From: an uncultured Bacteroidales bacterium
GTDB taxonomy: Bacteria; Bacteroidota; Bacteroidia; Bacteroidales; GWA2-32-17
Reading direction: 5' to 3'
DNA length: 64,000 bases
Assembly: GCA_964431135.1 (NCBI GenBank)
Contig: CAYSIN010000004.1
Span: 2,445 to 66,444 of the forward strand
The position numbers and the translations under genes were made by a program. Position 1 is the first letter of the stretch. The number at the start of each line of letters is the position of its first letter. Positions 1 to 8,691 of the stretch are shown here, one piece after another. The notes beneath the pieces were generated by a model that ran no database searches, was not told the origin of the DNA, and worked only from the letters and a program-made list of their open reading frames with translations.

Positions 1-669
1 GTTAATAATATATTTGGTGTTTTACCAAATAATATTATATGGTACGAATTGGCTTTGACTCATAAATCGGCATCCATTTATCAAAACAAGGATTATTCCA
101 TTAATAATGAACGGCTCGAATTTTTAGGTGATGCCGTATTAAATACCATCATTGCGGATTATTTATTTTTACATTATGTAAACGAAAATGAAGGATTTTT
201 GACTAATTTGCGTTCCAAAGTAGTCAATAGAAGCACGCTCAATGAAATTGCCAACCAATTAGAAATTCAAAAAATTATTAAACATCATTGCGATTTTTCC
301 GATAACAGTTCATCCAATATTTATGGGAATGCATTGGAAGCATTAATAGGTGCCATATTTATAGATAAGGGTTATAAAGTAGCCAAAAAGGTTATCCTTA
401 AAAAAATAATAGCACCTTATATTAATTGGGAATCACTAATTCAACATGATACTAATTATAAAGGTCAAATTATAGATTGGGCTCAAAAACATCATCGTCA
501 TATTGAATTTATAAGTAAAAGTGATACGTTGCAAAATAACCAGCAAGGATATTCAACAGAACTCATTATTGAAGAAAAAGTTTGGGGCACAGGAGAAGGC
601 GTTACAAAAAAAGAAGCAGAACAACAAGCATCAAAAAATGCACTTCATTGGTTAGAACAATCTAAATGA
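1..669 (+). CDS. rnc: Ribonuclease III, 5'-truncated by the window edge
   Basis: The RNase III signature ERLEFLGDAVL is present, with a C-terminal dsRBD-like GEGVTKKEAEQQASKNAL. The reading frame is open from base 1, so the true start lies upstream of the window. Confidence 0.9.
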   Translation, partial: VNNIFGVLPNNIIWYELALTHKSASIYQNKDYSINNERLEFLGDAVLNTIIADYLFLHYVNENEGFLTNLRSKVVNRSTLNEIANQLEIQKIIKHHCDFSDNSSSNIYGNALEALIGAIFIDKGYKVAKKVILKKIIAPYINWESLIQHDTNYKGQIIDWAQKHHRHIEFISKSDTLQNNQQGYSTELIIEEKVWGTGEGVTKKEAEQQASKNALHWLEQSK

Positions 670-834
670 TACTGTTTACTGCTTTAACATTAACTATATT
701 TTTACCAGAAAATATTATTATTGTTAATAAACAGATATACAAAACATTAATCATTTTATTCCTTATTAATATTATTTTTTTTGAAAAAAAAACAAATAAT
801 TACCTTAAAAAAATTTTTTCTAATAAAAAATTAT

Positions 835-842
835 TATTTTTG
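835..842 (+). promoter_or_regulatory. Candidate Bacteroidota -7 promoter box (TATTTTTG) upstream of the lipoprotein gene
   Basis: It matches TAnnTTTG about 45 nt upstream of the ATG at 887. Confidence 0.3.
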
Positions 843-886
843 TGCAGTAAAATTTTTATAGTGATTATTCCTAAATAAAATGCAAT

Positions 887-1780
887 ATGAATATTAAAAA
901 CAAGATTATCAGTATTTTAGTAGTATTTGCTTTGAGTGCATCCGTTATTTCATTCAGTGGTTGCAAAGGTGATGGTTCAAATATGGATAATTCAGAAGAC
1001 TCCACAAATATTACCGAAGAATTTAACAAAGCAAAGCAAGTAATTTATGGCATTCCATCTCCAATTGAAACGGCAATGCTTATGAAACGTGCTGGTGCAA
1101 AGTATAATCAGGATTTATTAAATCCGATTAGCAATTGTGGCAATTATACTACAACCAAAAGTATGGCTTTAAATTTAGGTGTTTATGGTGCCGATTTGAG
1201 TTTTTCAAGCATGTTTGACCAATCACAAGCAAGCATTAAATACCTTTCCATTAACAAAAAACTGGCAGATGACTTGGGCATTCTCAATGCTATTGATAAA
1301 AGCATTATTACACGAATGGAAAACAATATTAACAATCGCGACAGCGTGATGGAAATCATAAGTGAAACATTTATGAACTCCAATTCATTTCTTAAAGAAA
1401 ATGACCGTGGTGAAATTGCTGCCATTATTCTTACGGGTGGCTGGATTGAAGGATTATATCTTGGTACTCAAATTGTAAAAAACACCGCATCCAATAAAGA
1501 ACTGATGGACCGTATTGCAGACCAGCGATTGTCTTTAAATACCCTCATCAGTTTATTGAATGAATATAAAAACGATGCCAACGTGCAAGCCGTTATGACA
1601 GATATGATGCGTTTAAAAAAGATTTTTGATAAAATTCAAACGTCTTCTTCTAAAATGCAAGTAATAGAAAAAGATGGAAAAAGCATAATAACTTCTACCA
1701 CAGAAGTTAAATTTACGCAAGATGTGTTTAATGAACTTGCAGACGCAATTTCTGAAATTAGAAATAACATTATTAAATAA
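887..1780 (+). CDS. Hypothetical lipoprotein
   Basis: This is a 297-aa ORF with a signal peptide and lipobox (FSGC). I recognised no family. Confidence 0.7.
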   Translation: MNIKNKIISILVVFALSASVISFSGCKGDGSNMDNSEDSTNITEEFNKAKQVIYGIPSPIETAMLMKRAGAKYNQDLLNPISNCGNYTTTKSMALNLGVYGADLSFSSMFDQSQASIKYLSINKKLADDLGILNAIDKSIITRMENNINNRDSVMEIISETFMNSNSFLKENDRGEIAAIILTGGWIEGLYLGTQIVKNTASNKELMDRIADQRLSLNTLISLLNEYKNDANVQAVMTDMMRLKKIFDKIQTSSSKMQVIEKDGKSIITSTTEVKFTQDVFNELADAISEIRNNIIK

Positions 1781-1788
1781 CCGGAAGT

Positions 1789-2253
1789 ATGAAAAGGATA
1801 TTTATTTCAACATTGCTTATTAGTTTTCTAATGGTTGGTGTTTCTAATATAGCATCAGCCCAATGCAAAAATTTTGCTAAAAAGGTTTGTAAACTGGAAT
1901 TGCTTCCGTATGTTCACGACGGTATATATAATGCTACTGTTTTGAGTGAAGGCGAGACAGCAGAACTTTATAAAACATTTTATGCCGGACAGGAATACCG
2001 CGTTAGCGTTTGCGGCGACGAAAATTTGCCTCCTATACAATTTCAGGTACTCGATGCCGAAAGAAATGTTTTATACGACAATAAAAAACATAACTTTGCT
2101 AAAAGTTGGGATTTTAAACTTCAGGCAAGTAAGCAACTCATTATTTCTATTCAAGTACAAACTTCCGATGAATTGACCGACCAAATTCTGAGTGGATGCG
2201 TTTCGGTACTTGTTGGATTTATGAACATGGAAAATACGTTGAGACAAGAATAG
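1789..2253 (+). CDS. Hypothetical secreted protein
   Basis: This is a 154-aa ORF with an N-terminal signal peptide (ASA-Q), lying 8 nt after the preceding gene. Confidence 0.65.
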   Translation: MKRIFISTLLISFLMVGVSNIASAQCKNFAKKVCKLELLPYVHDGIYNATVLSEGETAELYKTFYAGQEYRVSVCGDENLPPIQFQVLDAERNVLYDNKKHNFAKSWDFKLQASKQLIISIQVQTSDELTDQILSGCVSVLVGFMNMENTLRQE

Positions 2254-2286
2254 GTGTTTTTTCATAATTTTTGGTTTTTAAGTTGG

Positions 2287-2316
2287 AAAACTGCCTTTTT
2301 TAAGGCAGTTTTTTTT
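2287..2316. terminator. Bidirectional rho-independent terminator
   Basis: A perfect hairpin (AAAACTGCCTT-TTTT-AAGGCAGTTTT) is flanked by an A-run and a T-run. It sits between convergent genes ending at 2253 and 2315. Confidence 0.7.
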
Positions 2317-5101
2317 ATTTTTTCAACTTCTTAGATAAATAACGACCAGTAAGCGAATACTTGTTTTGTGCTATTTGTTCTGGCGTTCCTGTTGCTATTA
2401 AATATCCGCCACGTTCTCCACCTTCAGGTCCAAGGTCTATAACCCAATCAGCATTTTTAATAATATCGAGATGATGTTCAATAACTACAATGGTATGATT
2501 ACGATGTATTAACAAAGTAAAAGCATCCAGCAAAAGTTGAATATCATGAATGTGCAAACCCGTAGAAGGTTCATCAAAAATAAATAATGTATGTGGCGTG
2601 TTTGTTTGACCAATAAAACTGGCTAATTTCAATCGTTGCACTTCTCCACCACTCAACGTTGATGTGGACTGTCCAAGTTTTAAATACCCCAAACCTACTT
2701 GTTGCAAAATCTGAAGTTTTTGAACAATATCTTTTTCGTTCGCTGTTTTGCCCTCTTCAAAAAATAGAATGGCTTCTTCTACGGTTAATTCCAATAAATC
2801 ATAAATATTTTTCCTTTTGTATTCTACTTCCAATATTTCCGGTTTAAAACGTTTACCATGGCAACTTTCGCAAACAAGTTTAACATCAGCAATAAATTGC
2901 ATTTCAATAGTAATATACCCTTCTCCCTTGCATTCTTCACAACGCCCACCATCGATATTAAATGAAAAATGTGCAGGTTTAAAACGTTGTTGCTTGGCTA
3001 ACGGTTGTTCGCTGTATAAATTTCTAATATCATCATAAATTTTCATATAGGTTAGTGCATTGGAACGAGTAGAACGGCCTATTGGATTTTGGTCAACCAA
3101 TATCGCTTGATTTATCAAGTTCCAATCGCCTGTTATATCTGAATACCCCGTAGTTTTAAAACTGTTACCCAGTTTTTTCTGCATGGCTGGATATAAAATC
3201 TCATTGATGAGTGTTGATTTTCCTGAACCACTTACTCCCGTAATAACTGTAATTACATGTAACGGTATTTCTACATTAAGATGTTTCAAATTATGTAAAT
3301 ATGCGTCTTTGATAGTAAGGCTGTTTTTCCAAGTTCTTCGTGTTGCCGGATACGGAATAAATTTTTCTCCCAATAAATACTGAGAAGTAATGCTTTGCTT
3401 TGTGGAGTATAACATATCGGGTTTGCCTGTATAAACCACCTCACCGCCTTTTGTCCCAGCACCAGGTCCCATATCTACAATAAAATCGGCTTGACGAATA
3501 ATTTCTTCATCGTGTTCCACTACCAAAACTGTATTTCCCAAATCGCGCAACTGTTTTAGCACATCTATTAATCTTTGATTGTCCGATGCATGCAAACCTA
3601 TACTGGGTTCATCCAGAATATACAATGAACCAACTAAACTGCTGCCCAATGAAGTAGATAAATGTACCCGTTGTGATTCACCTCCCGAGAGCGTGGACGA
3701 ACTGCGATTAAGCGTTAAATATCCCAATCCAACATTTATTAAATAATCAAGTCGGGTATTTATTTCAATCAAAATACGGGATGCTATTTCCTGTTCCTGT
3801 TTATTTAATTTTAAGGCTGTGAAAAAATTTTTGAGTTCCGTAATAGGCATTAGTAATATTTCGCCAAGACTTTTGCCATTTATTTTGATATATTCCGATG
3901 TTGCTTTTAATCGTTTTCCTTTGCATGCAGGGCAAAGTGTTTTTCCTCTGTATCGTGATAATAAAACACGGTATTGTATTTTATAAAGATTCTCCCTTAA
4001 AAATTCAAAAAATTGGTTAATGCCATAGAGGTCAGATGTCCCGTTCCAAAGCATAGAACGTTCGTCTTCGGTAAGTTGAAAATAAGGTTTATGAACTGGA
4101 AAGCCTGATTTATGTGCATTTTTTAAAAATTGAATTTTCCATTCCTGCATAGTTTCACTTTTCCAACACGCCACCGCATCATTAAAAACGGAAAGATTTT
4201 TATCTGGAATAACGAGGTCTTCATCAATTCCTATAATTTGTCCAAAGCCTTCACACGTGGGACAGGCACCCGCCGGGCTGTTAAAATTAAACAGTTGCGG
4301 ATGCGGCTCTTCAAAAGTAATACCATCTTGCTCAAAACGATTGGAAAATGTATGCACTTCCCATTTCCCCTTATGATTTATACCAACATAACATTCACCC
4401 TTGCCTTCAAAAAAGGCCGTTTCGATAGAATCTGCCCATCGGTCTTGCCATTCAGTAACATTAGATTTTTCAAATCTATCTACTACCACATATAGTTCTG
4501 CTTTATGGGTCAGTTGATTTACTGTTTCCAGTTTTACTATTTCATGGTTTACAAAAGCCCGAGTATAACCTTGTTGAATTAATTGCTCTATAAAAGTAGA
4601 AAAACTTAATGGCTCCATTTCTGGTTTGAAGGCAATAAATCCCATATCTTCACCAACCTGTTTCCTTATAAATTTAAGTACATCGGAGACATTATGCTTT
4701 TTTACTTCTTTTCCCGAAACAGGAGAAAATGTTTTACCTATACGGGCATATAATAATTTTAAAAACTCATGAATTTCAGTTGAAGTTCCAACGGTAGAAC
4801 GAGGATTTGAGGTGTTTGTCTTTTGCTCAATAGCAATGGCTGGTGGTATGCCACTAATAAAATCTACATCGGGTTTTGTCATTCTGTTTAAAAACTGGCG
4901 AGCATAGGAAGATAAACTTTCTACATAGCGGCGCTGACCTTCGGCAAACAACGTATCGAAAGCCAATGATGATTTTCCACTTCCTGACAAGCCTGTTATA
5001 ACAATAAATTTGTTTTGCGGGAAAGAAACTTCAATATTTTTTAAATTATTTACTCTTGCTCCTTTTATTGATATATCAGCATTTGAATTATGATAGTTCA
5101 T
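2315..5101 (-). CDS. uvrA: Excinuclease ABC subunit A
   Basis: The protein is 928 aa with two ABC ATPase modules (GLSGSGKSSLAF and GVSGSGKSTL), LSGGE signatures and zinc-finger Cys clusters. Confidence 0.95.
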   Translation of the reverse strand: MNYHNSNADISIKGARVNNLKNIEVSFPQNKFIVITGLSGSGKSSLAFDTLFAEGQRRYVESLSSYARQFLNRMTKPDVDFISGIPPAIAIEQKTNTSNPRSTVGTSTEIHEFLKLLYARIGKTFSPVSGKEVKKHNVSDVLKFIRKQVGEDMGFIAFKPEMEPLSFSTFIEQLIQQGYTRAFVNHEIVKLETVNQLTHKAELYVVVDRFEKSNVTEWQDRWADSIETAFFEGKGECYVGINHKGKWEVHTFSNRFEQDGITFEEPHPQLFNFNSPAGACPTCEGFGQIIGIDEDLVIPDKNLSVFNDAVACWKSETMQEWKIQFLKNAHKSGFPVHKPYFQLTEDERSMLWNGTSDLYGINQFFEFLRENLYKIQYRVLLSRYRGKTLCPACKGKRLKATSEYIKINGKSLGEILLMPITELKNFFTALKLNKQEQEIASRILIEINTRLDYLINVGLGYLTLNRSSSTLSGGESQRVHLSTSLGSSLVGSLYILDEPSIGLHASDNQRLIDVLKQLRDLGNTVLVVEHDEEIIRQADFIVDMGPGAGTKGGEVVYTGKPDMLYSTKQSITSQYLLGEKFIPYPATRRTWKNSLTIKDAYLHNLKHLNVEIPLHVITVITGVSGSGKSTLINEILYPAMQKKLGNSFKTTGYSDITGDWNLINQAILVDQNPIGRSTRSNALTYMKIYDDIRNLYSEQPLAKQQRFKPAHFSFNIDGGRCEECKGEGYITIEMQFIADVKLVCESCHGKRFKPEILEVEYKRKNIYDLLELTVEEAILFFEEGKTANEKDIVQKLQILQQVGLGYLKLGQSTSTLSGGEVQRLKLASFIGQTNTPHTLFIFDEPSTGLHIHDIQLLLDAFTLLIHRNHTIVVIEHHLDIIKNADWVIDLGPEGGERGGYLIATGTPEQIAQNKYSLTGRYLSKKLKK

Positions 5102-5154
5102 TCAATTAAAATTAAAACATCAAAGTTAGTGATTGATTTTTGAAACTTTATTAT

Positions 5155-5162
5155 TACCTTTG
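5155..5162 (+). promoter_or_regulatory. Candidate -7 promoter box (TACCTTTG)
   Basis: It matches TAnnTTTG about 70 nt upstream of the sigma factor ATG at 5231. The same TTATTACCTTTGC string occurs upstream of rimP. Confidence 0.35.
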
Positions 5163-5230
5163 CGTATTAATTGCAAAAAAGGAGGCTGCCTATACATTAT
5201 TTCTACCACTAAACCAAAATGTAAGTGGTT

Positions 5231-5824
5231 ATGAAAATAGAACAATGTTCCGATTATGAGTTAGTTAAGGCTTATATATCGGGCAATGAGGCAGCCGTAG
5301 AAGCCTTAATTTTAAGGTATAAAAGAAAAGTTTATACCTATATATATTATAGGATTCGCAACAAAGAAGTGACTGCCGATTTGTTTCAGGAAACCTTTAT
5401 TAAGGTTTTTCGCTCCATTAAAGAAGATAAGTATGCCGACGATGGCAAATTGGGAGCATGGATAATGCGAATAGCCCATAATTTAATTATAGACCATATT
5501 CGCAGAGAAACAAGATTGAATACAATTGCCATGGACAATTACGAATACGACTTGCTCAATAATAAAAATCTAAGCGAAAAAAACGCAGAACATCGTATTA
5601 TAAAATCGGAAACAGATAAGGAGATTCATAAATTACTGGATTGTTTACCTGAAAATCAACGAGAAATTGTTATAATGCGACATTTTTTAGGCATGAGTTT
5701 TAAGGAAATTGCCGACGAAACAAACGTAAGCATAAATACTGCGTTAGGACGTATGCGATATGCCTTGATAAATCTAAAAAAACTCATCAAGGAACATCAG
5801 TTGGAAATGGAATTGACAGAATAA
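5231..5824 (+). CDS. ECF-type RNA polymerase sigma-70 family factor
   Basis: Region 2 (FQETFIKVFRS...WIMRIAHNLIIDHIRR) and region 4 (ENQREIVIMRHFLGMSFKEIADETNVSINTALGRMRYA) are both present. I prefer the ATG at 5231 over the GTG at 5225. Confidence 0.85.
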   Translation: MKIEQCSDYELVKAYISGNEAAVEALILRYKRKVYTYIYYRIRNKEVTADLFQETFIKVFRSIKEDKYADDGKLGAWIMRIAHNLIIDHIRRETRLNTIAMDNYEYDLLNNKNLSEKNAEHRIIKSETDKEIHKLLDCLPENQREIVIMRHFLGMSFKEIADETNVSINTALGRMRYALINLKKLIKEHQLEMELTE

Positions 5825-6330
5825 TTTTACAGAAAAATACTTCTTTTAAAATAAAATCATAAAGTCATCGTTTATTTATAATAAATAATTTTTAAAACGA
5901 TGCCTATGACTATTTCTACTTTTCTTTATTTTAATGAAAATATTAATGGCGATGACGAAACCTTATATCCTTTAGAAGATACGGTAGAGTTATCAAATTT
6001 TTATATTGAACCGCCTGAATCGCTGGTACAAAAAACCATTCAAGCCGTGTTGGCACTTTAGTAACGGTTGTTTATTCTTTTACATTCAAAAGAATAAGCG
6101 CCTATGCTGTACGAGGCATCTGTATTATTTCTCTTGTCAAAGTGTTAATAAGAATTTTGACCATAGAAGATAGATTATTTGGGTTATTGTTTTTATGGCT
6201 TATTTTGTATAAATTTACACCAAAATTAACAAGTTGATTATGAAAAATGAATTATCTATTATGGATAATTTAAAAAATATTATCTGCTTGGCAACCCTAA
6301 AATAAATTTTACGTCTTAATAATTAGATTC

Positions 6331-6924
6331 ATGAAGGTAAATTGGCAAGATACGGAACAGGTACGTAAGGTAGTTGATGCATGTATCAAGGGAGACCATC
6401 TGAATCAGGAGGTTCTTTACAAGGCATTCTTCGGAAAAATGTTGGTGGTGTGCATGAGATACACATATAATAAAGAGGAGGCAGAAGATATACTGCAGGA
6501 AGGCTTTGTAAAAGTGTTTCAAAAACTGAAAGATTTTGGACACAAAGGTTCTTTGGAAGGTTGGATTAGACGAATAATGGTCAATACGGCGATTGATTTT
6601 ATCAGAAAAAGAAAAGATTTATCGTTTCCATCTAGTACGGAAAATGAAATGGATTTAATGGCAGACAGTACGTTTGAAGATGATGAGTTGGAACAGATTT
6701 TAGAAATGAAAACCGAAATGATTATCCATTTCATTCAACATCTATCGCCTGCATACAAGGCAGTATTTAACTTGTTTGTTTTTGAAAACATGACTCATGC
6801 CGAAATAGCCGAACAGTTAAATATAAATATAGGAACGTCCAAATCCAACTATGCGAAAGCAAAAAGTAAATTAAAAGAAATGGTTTTATCGTATATAAAA
6901 ACATATAAAAATGAAACGTTTTGA
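6331..6924 (+). CDS. ECF-type RNA polymerase sigma-70 family factor
   Basis: Region 2 (ILQEGFVKVFQKL...WIRRIMVNTAIDFIRKR) and region 4 (YKAVFNLFVFENMTHAEIAEQLNINIGTSKSNYAKAK) are both present. Confidence 0.85.
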   Translation: MKVNWQDTEQVRKVVDACIKGDHLNQEVLYKAFFGKMLVVCMRYTYNKEEAEDILQEGFVKVFQKLKDFGHKGSLEGWIRRIMVNTAIDFIRKRKDLSFPSSTENEMDLMADSTFEDDELEQILEMKTEMIIHFIQHLSPAYKAVFNLFVFENMTHAEIAEQLNINIGTSKSNYAKAKSKLKEMVLSYIKTYKNETF

Positions 6925-8095
6925 AGATATTATTAAGGAAAAAGTAGAGAACTTCGAATACCCTTATGAACAAGGTGCATGGGAGAACTATAACCGTCGC
7001 CGTCGTACACAAAAAATTAAAAAATGGGGATTGGCATCAACAGTTATCATTGGAATAATTACTACTGTCGTGCTTATACTCACAAAACCTGAAAAAGCCG
7101 TTATGCCATTTCATTCAAAACAAAATAATGTTATTATTACCACAAACAATTCAATTCCTCTTAACACTCAAGTTAATGAAATAAAGACCAATAAAGACAA
7201 ACAGACCCAAACAACAATTAACCATCAGGAAAATAATCAGTCAACCATAAAACAAGAAAGCCCACAAACGGTTACCAATAATATAACCGACTTATCCACT
7301 ACCATGTCCGAAAACAATGCACAAAATACGTCAACCTTAAATACGGCATCGTTTACCAAAAATAGTTCGCAGGGTTGTGCTCCACTGGAGGTACAGTTTA
7401 CTGCCATAACTACAGGTAAAAATTGTCAATACCTCTGGAATTTTGGCGACGGAACAACCGCCAATGAAAAAAATCCAATACATCTCTATAAAAAAGGAGG
7501 AAAATATAATGTCTATCTTACGGTTCAATGGAACGAAAAAGATAAATATACTACAGATGTTCAAACTATACAAGTGTATAACAAGCCAACAGCCTTGTTC
7601 GATTATTCATTAGAGAATAATACGGTGCGTTTTGAAAGCAGAACAAAACAAGCGATATCTCATAAATGGCTCATAGAAGATACAATAGTCAATGGCTCAT
7701 ATTGGAAATTTGATATCACACACAGCGGAAAATATATGGTTCAATACATAGTAGAAAATGCAGACGGCTGTTCAGATACATCCATCAAAGACATAAATGT
7801 GTCCTATAAAATGCCTGTACAGTTCGCCAATGCTTTTAGCCCTGACAACGATGGGATTAATGATTTCTTTGGACCTCAGGTTATAGATTATTCGTATTAT
7901 CAGTTTACCATGAATATTTTTAATAAAACAGGCAAATGTGTTTTTTACACAAAGGGAAGTCCCGCTTTGTGGGATGGTAACGATAAGGAAACCAAACAAT
8001 CCTGCCCTGCGGGTATTTATATCTATAAAATTATAGCAGTAGATAAAAAAGGAAATAAAAATGAATTTTCCGGTCAAATAAAATTGTTGAGATAA
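6911..8095 (+). CDS. Single-pass membrane protein, anti-sigma-like by position, with a PKD domain and a T9SS type B C-terminal sorting domain
   Basis: It overlaps the sigma gene by 14 nt. The order is a ~40-aa N-terminal segment, a TM helix (LASTVIIGIITTVVLIL), a Q/N/T-rich linker and a PKD motif (WNFGDGTTANEKNPIHLY). A canonical type B CTD follows (FANAFSPDNDGINDFF ... GIYIYKI ... GQIKLLR). Confidence 0.8.
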   Translation: MKRFEDIIKEKVENFEYPYEQGAWENYNRRRRTQKIKKWGLASTVIIGIITTVVLILTKPEKAVMPFHSKQNNVIITTNNSIPLNTQVNEIKTNKDKQTQTTINHQENNQSTIKQESPQTVTNNITDLSTTMSENNAQNTSTLNTASFTKNSSQGCAPLEVQFTAITTGKNCQYLWNFGDGTTANEKNPIHLYKKGGKYNVYLTVQWNEKDKYTTDVQTIQVYNKPTALFDYSLENNTVRFESRTKQAISHKWLIEDTIVNGSYWKFDITHSGKYMVQYIVENADGCSDTSIKDINVSYKMPVQFANAFSPDNDGINDFFGPQVIDYSYYQFTMNIFNKTGKCVFYTKGSPALWDGNDKETKQSCPAGIYIYKIIAVDKKGNKNEFSGQIKLLR

Positions 8096-8130
8096 ATAAA
8101 AAAATGTTAAATTTGCAAAAAAAAATAAAA

Positions 8131-8688
8131 ATGAGAACAACTATCGTATTTGTTTTTTCTTTAATAATCGTTACTGTTTGTTTTTCTCAAAACAGCATAG
8201 ATTTAAGTAAATGGTATGCCTATAAAATTTATACGTCGGGCATTTCTGATGCTCAAAAAGCCGATTACCTTTCCCGCTCGATAGAAAAAATGAACTTTGC
8301 CGTATTTTCTGCATTTGATGATAAAGATGAGACAGGGTATGTTATTCTTTCTGCTCCATACCAGATGCACGAAATTGAAGTCTATGTCAATAATTCTTTT
8401 TCGGATATTCATATAGAAAGCAACGAAAAATTAACCTTAGACGAGCATTTATTTTTAAGCATTTATTTTTTAAGAGGATTTATACCCAAGGAGAAACAAT
8501 CAGACATGTTGCCTGTATTTATTAATTTGGGACCAAATAAAGATTTATCCAACCAATTATATGCTCTCGCAAAATCTATTTGGATTAAAAAATATCCCGA
8601 CTCTTATAAGGCACTCACTCCTGTACCAAAACCACTTACACCCGAAGAGCAAAAGGAAGTTCAACAAAAGTTAAACAGTAAAAATTAA
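8131..8688 (+). CDS. Hypothetical secreted protein
   Basis: The ORF has a signal peptide (MRTTIVFVFSLIIVTVCFSQ). It sits between the anti-sigma-like gene and the giant adhesin gene, whose start is 3 nt after its stop. Confidence 0.6.
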   Translation: MRTTIVFVFSLIIVTVCFSQNSIDLSKWYAYKIYTSGISDAQKADYLSRSIEKMNFAVFSAFDDKDETGYVILSAPYQMHEIEVYVNNSFSDIHIESNEKLTLDEHLFLSIYFLRGFIPKEKQSDMLPVFINLGPNKDLSNQLYALAKSIWIKKYPDSYKALTPVPKPLTPEEQKEVQQKLNSKN

Positions 8689-8691
8689 TCT

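Noticed and set aside
666-878. A 70-aa hydrophobic ORF overlaps the rnc stop.
   Set aside because: It is extremely AT-rich, low-complexity sequence (poly-A and poly-T runs). It contains a good TAnnTTTG promoter box for the next gene, so it is most likely an intergenic or promoter region read as an ORF.
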